Shown piece by piece: positions 62,114 to 64,000 of a DNA stretch of 64,000 nucleotides. The stretch is from an uncultured Verrucomicrobiae bacterium (lineage in GTDB: Bacteria; Verrucomicrobiota; Verrucomicrobiia; Limisphaerales; Palsa-1400): NCBI GenBank assembly GCA_963707025.1, contig CAVPOM010000010.1, forward strand, positions 186,809 to 250,808, given 5' to 3'. The position numbers were made by a program, and so were the translations under genes. The notes beneath the pieces are model-generated. The model was not told where the DNA came from, ran no database searches, and was given only the letters and a program-made list of their open reading frames with translations. Every line of letters starts with the position of its first letter. The stretch's first letter is position 1.

Positions 62114-63835
62114 TCACCATGCGAATTCCAGGAGCGAAACGGCCTGGCGCGGCAGGGCAAACCCGACGGCCACCCGGCCGTCGCGGACGGAAACGGTTTC
62201 GGGCGCGCCCAAAGGGGCGAGTTTTCCGGCGTTCTCCAGCCGCGCATATTGTTCGGGAGCGGGCTGATCCGGACTGCCCATCTGGCGCCAGAGGGCATAG
62301 GCGTCGCTGTGGTCCTGATCAATTCTGAAATGCCGCAAGCGCACCGGCCCGGCGGTTGCGGGAAAATCAATGACTTCCAGCGCGACGGCAGCGTCCGGGC
62401 CGGGCACGTCGTCATCGTGGTAGTGCCAGACCATGACGCAGAGCTTTTTGCCGTCGAGGCAGGCCAGCGAGGCCACGTCAGGCCCGGCCCGGACCCCCCG
62501 GCGCAGGATGTCATCCAAAGGCACGGCGCCATCGCTTTGCACCGCGAGGCGCTGGCCGCTCAGGCGATTGAACATGCGGAAGACATTGAGGACGGGCAGA
62601 TCAATGCCGCCGGTGGCCAGGACACGGAAGCCTTTGAAGAGGGGTTGGTCCTCGAATTCAAAGGCCCAACACAGGGCGCCTTCGAGATTGACGCCCTGCC
62701 GCTCGGCCAGATCCGGTTCGCGGGCGAAGCTGGCGGCGGTGTAGCTGGCGAATTGGAGCCCGTTGCGATAGCCGTAAGCCCCCCCCAGGCAGGCGGCGCA
62801 GCCGTCCGGATCGGATTCGCCGATGACGATGGGTTTGGCCTTCAATTCCGGAAAGCCGGCGATGATGCGGAGCCCTGCATTGATGCGGCTCAACTGTGCT
62901 CCGATGCCCATGCGCACATGGCCGTTGGTGAAGAGCGGGGAGCCTTTGGCGTGGAAGGAAACAAAATCAATAGGCGTGCCCGCCTGGCCGGTGGCGTAAT
63001 TAGTGCCATGCAGGCAATGTTCGAGAAAATTGCGCAAAGCCGCTCCGGAGCCTGCGAAGTCCGGCCCGCCCACTTTGGCGTCGGGCAGGGCGCGCCGCAC
63101 GGCTTGGACGGCGTAGTCGTGGAGCTTGTAAAAATCCTCCGGGCGGCCGTGCCAGTAGGGGATGTCGGCTTCGTTCCAAACTTCCCAGTACCACTGCCGG
63201 ACCCCGGCGGCCCCGTATTTGTCAACACAATGTTTGGCCCACTGATAAACCAGTTCGCCCCATTGGGCGTAGTCTTTGGGCGGGTAGCTCCAGCCGGTAT
63301 AGATGGAGCCGTAGCTGGATTCGGTGGTGTAATGGTGCTGGTAAGGATCGGGATGGGTGGACAATTCCCGGGGCATGAAACCGATTTCCGCGTAAGGGCG
63401 CAGGCCGTTTTCCAGGTAAGTGTCGAAGATGCGGTCCAGGATGGTCCAGTCATAGACCGGGTGGCCGGCGGCGTCTTCGTGGTAGGCGCCGGTGGAACCC
63501 CATTTGAGGGCGGCGGTGCCGTCGCCGGAGTTGAGCAGATTGTGGGTGCGGAAGAAGACCGTGCCGGCGGGCCGCAACCGGCCCAGTTCGCCGATGAGTT
63601 TCCGGCCGTCCTTCATATAGGCGTAATTGGGTTCGTCGGCGCCGAAGAACCGCCAAATGGGATGGATTTCGCCCGTCGTTTTGCCCGCGTCCACCTGGAT
63701 TTGCACCGGGAAGGGCACGGGGGCGGCGGCGGGCGGGTTGGTTTGGCTTTGCGCGGGCAGGCACGGGAGGGCAGCCAGGAACGCCAGGGTTGTTTGCAAT
63801 GCCAGGGAAGTGCGCATGGCGGAGGCTAACTTCAT
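62114..63835 (-). CDS. Secreted GH39 glycoside hydrolase (beta-xylosidase-like)
   Basis: RTHNLL, WEVWNEAD, SFHAKG, IGESDP; signal peptide. Confidence 0.9.
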   Translation of the reverse strand: MKLASAMRTSLALQTTLAFLAALPCLPAQSQTNPPAAAPVPFPVQIQVDAGKTTGEIHPIWRFFGADEPNYAYMKDGRKLIGELGRLRPAGTVFFRTHNLLNSGDGTAALKWGSTGAYHEDAAGHPVYDWTILDRIFDTYLENGLRPYAEIGFMPRELSTHPDPYQHHYTTESSYGSIYTGWSYPPKDYAQWGELVYQWAKHCVDKYGAAGVRQWYWEVWNEADIPYWHGRPEDFYKLHDYAVQAVRRALPDAKVGGPDFAGSGAALRNFLEHCLHGTNYATGQAGTPIDFVSFHAKGSPLFTNGHVRMGIGAQLSRINAGLRIIAGFPELKAKPIVIGESDPDGCAACLGGAYGYRNGLQFASYTAASFAREPDLAERQGVNLEGALCWAFEFEDQPLFKGFRVLATGGIDLPVLNVFRMFNRLSGQRLAVQSDGAVPLDDILRRGVRAGPDVASLACLDGKKLCVMVWHYHDDDVPGPDAAVALEVIDFPATAGPVRLRHFRIDQDHSDAYALWRQMGSPDQPAPEQYARLENAGKLAPLGAPETVSVRDGRVAVGFALPRQAVSLLEFAW

Positions 63836-64000
63836 GACGGGAACCAATCCAAGCCGAATCCCCGGCTCCAATTCCCCTGGCGGAGGAGCGGTGAGGCTGG
63901 AATGATGGCGTGTTGGAGCGGCGGGCGCCGGGTGATGGATGGCTGGCCTGAACAAGACTCGAAGGGGAGGGGCTGCATAAAAATAAGCACGATTAGGCTT

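Overview
GC-rich bacterial window; gene content (ECF sigma/Ser-Thr kinase pair, prepilin-like H-X9-DG protein, LamG proteins with YFRL C-termini, vWA/BatA genes) suggests Verrucomicrobiota, which is an inference. Housekeeping genes (acs, hpt, accBC, thiE, a PfkB kinase, an LPS heptosyltransferase) frame several accessory blocks: glycoside hydrolases (GH5, GH29, GH51, GH39); a YtrA-ABC operon; a complete group II intron (about 10931-12889, minus strand) inserted into a 9-bp tandem repeat that its EBS1 loop matches; a STAND-like ATPase plus 46-aa-repeat TPR gene pair; a vWA / permease-NHL fusion / vWA operon; a 139-bp MITE-like palindrome; and a XylR-type sugar locus with a shared direct-repeat promoter motif. 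A 15.7-kb island-like block after tRNA-Arg(UCG) carries SWIM+SNF2, a folE pseudogene, ClC/MarR, and a Crp/Fnr-box-marked nirK-cytochrome c / DUF2249 / hemerythrin / DUF59 cluster. Three genes carry small frameshifts, which may be real decay or assembly error. All calls come from motif recognition by eye; no searches were run.
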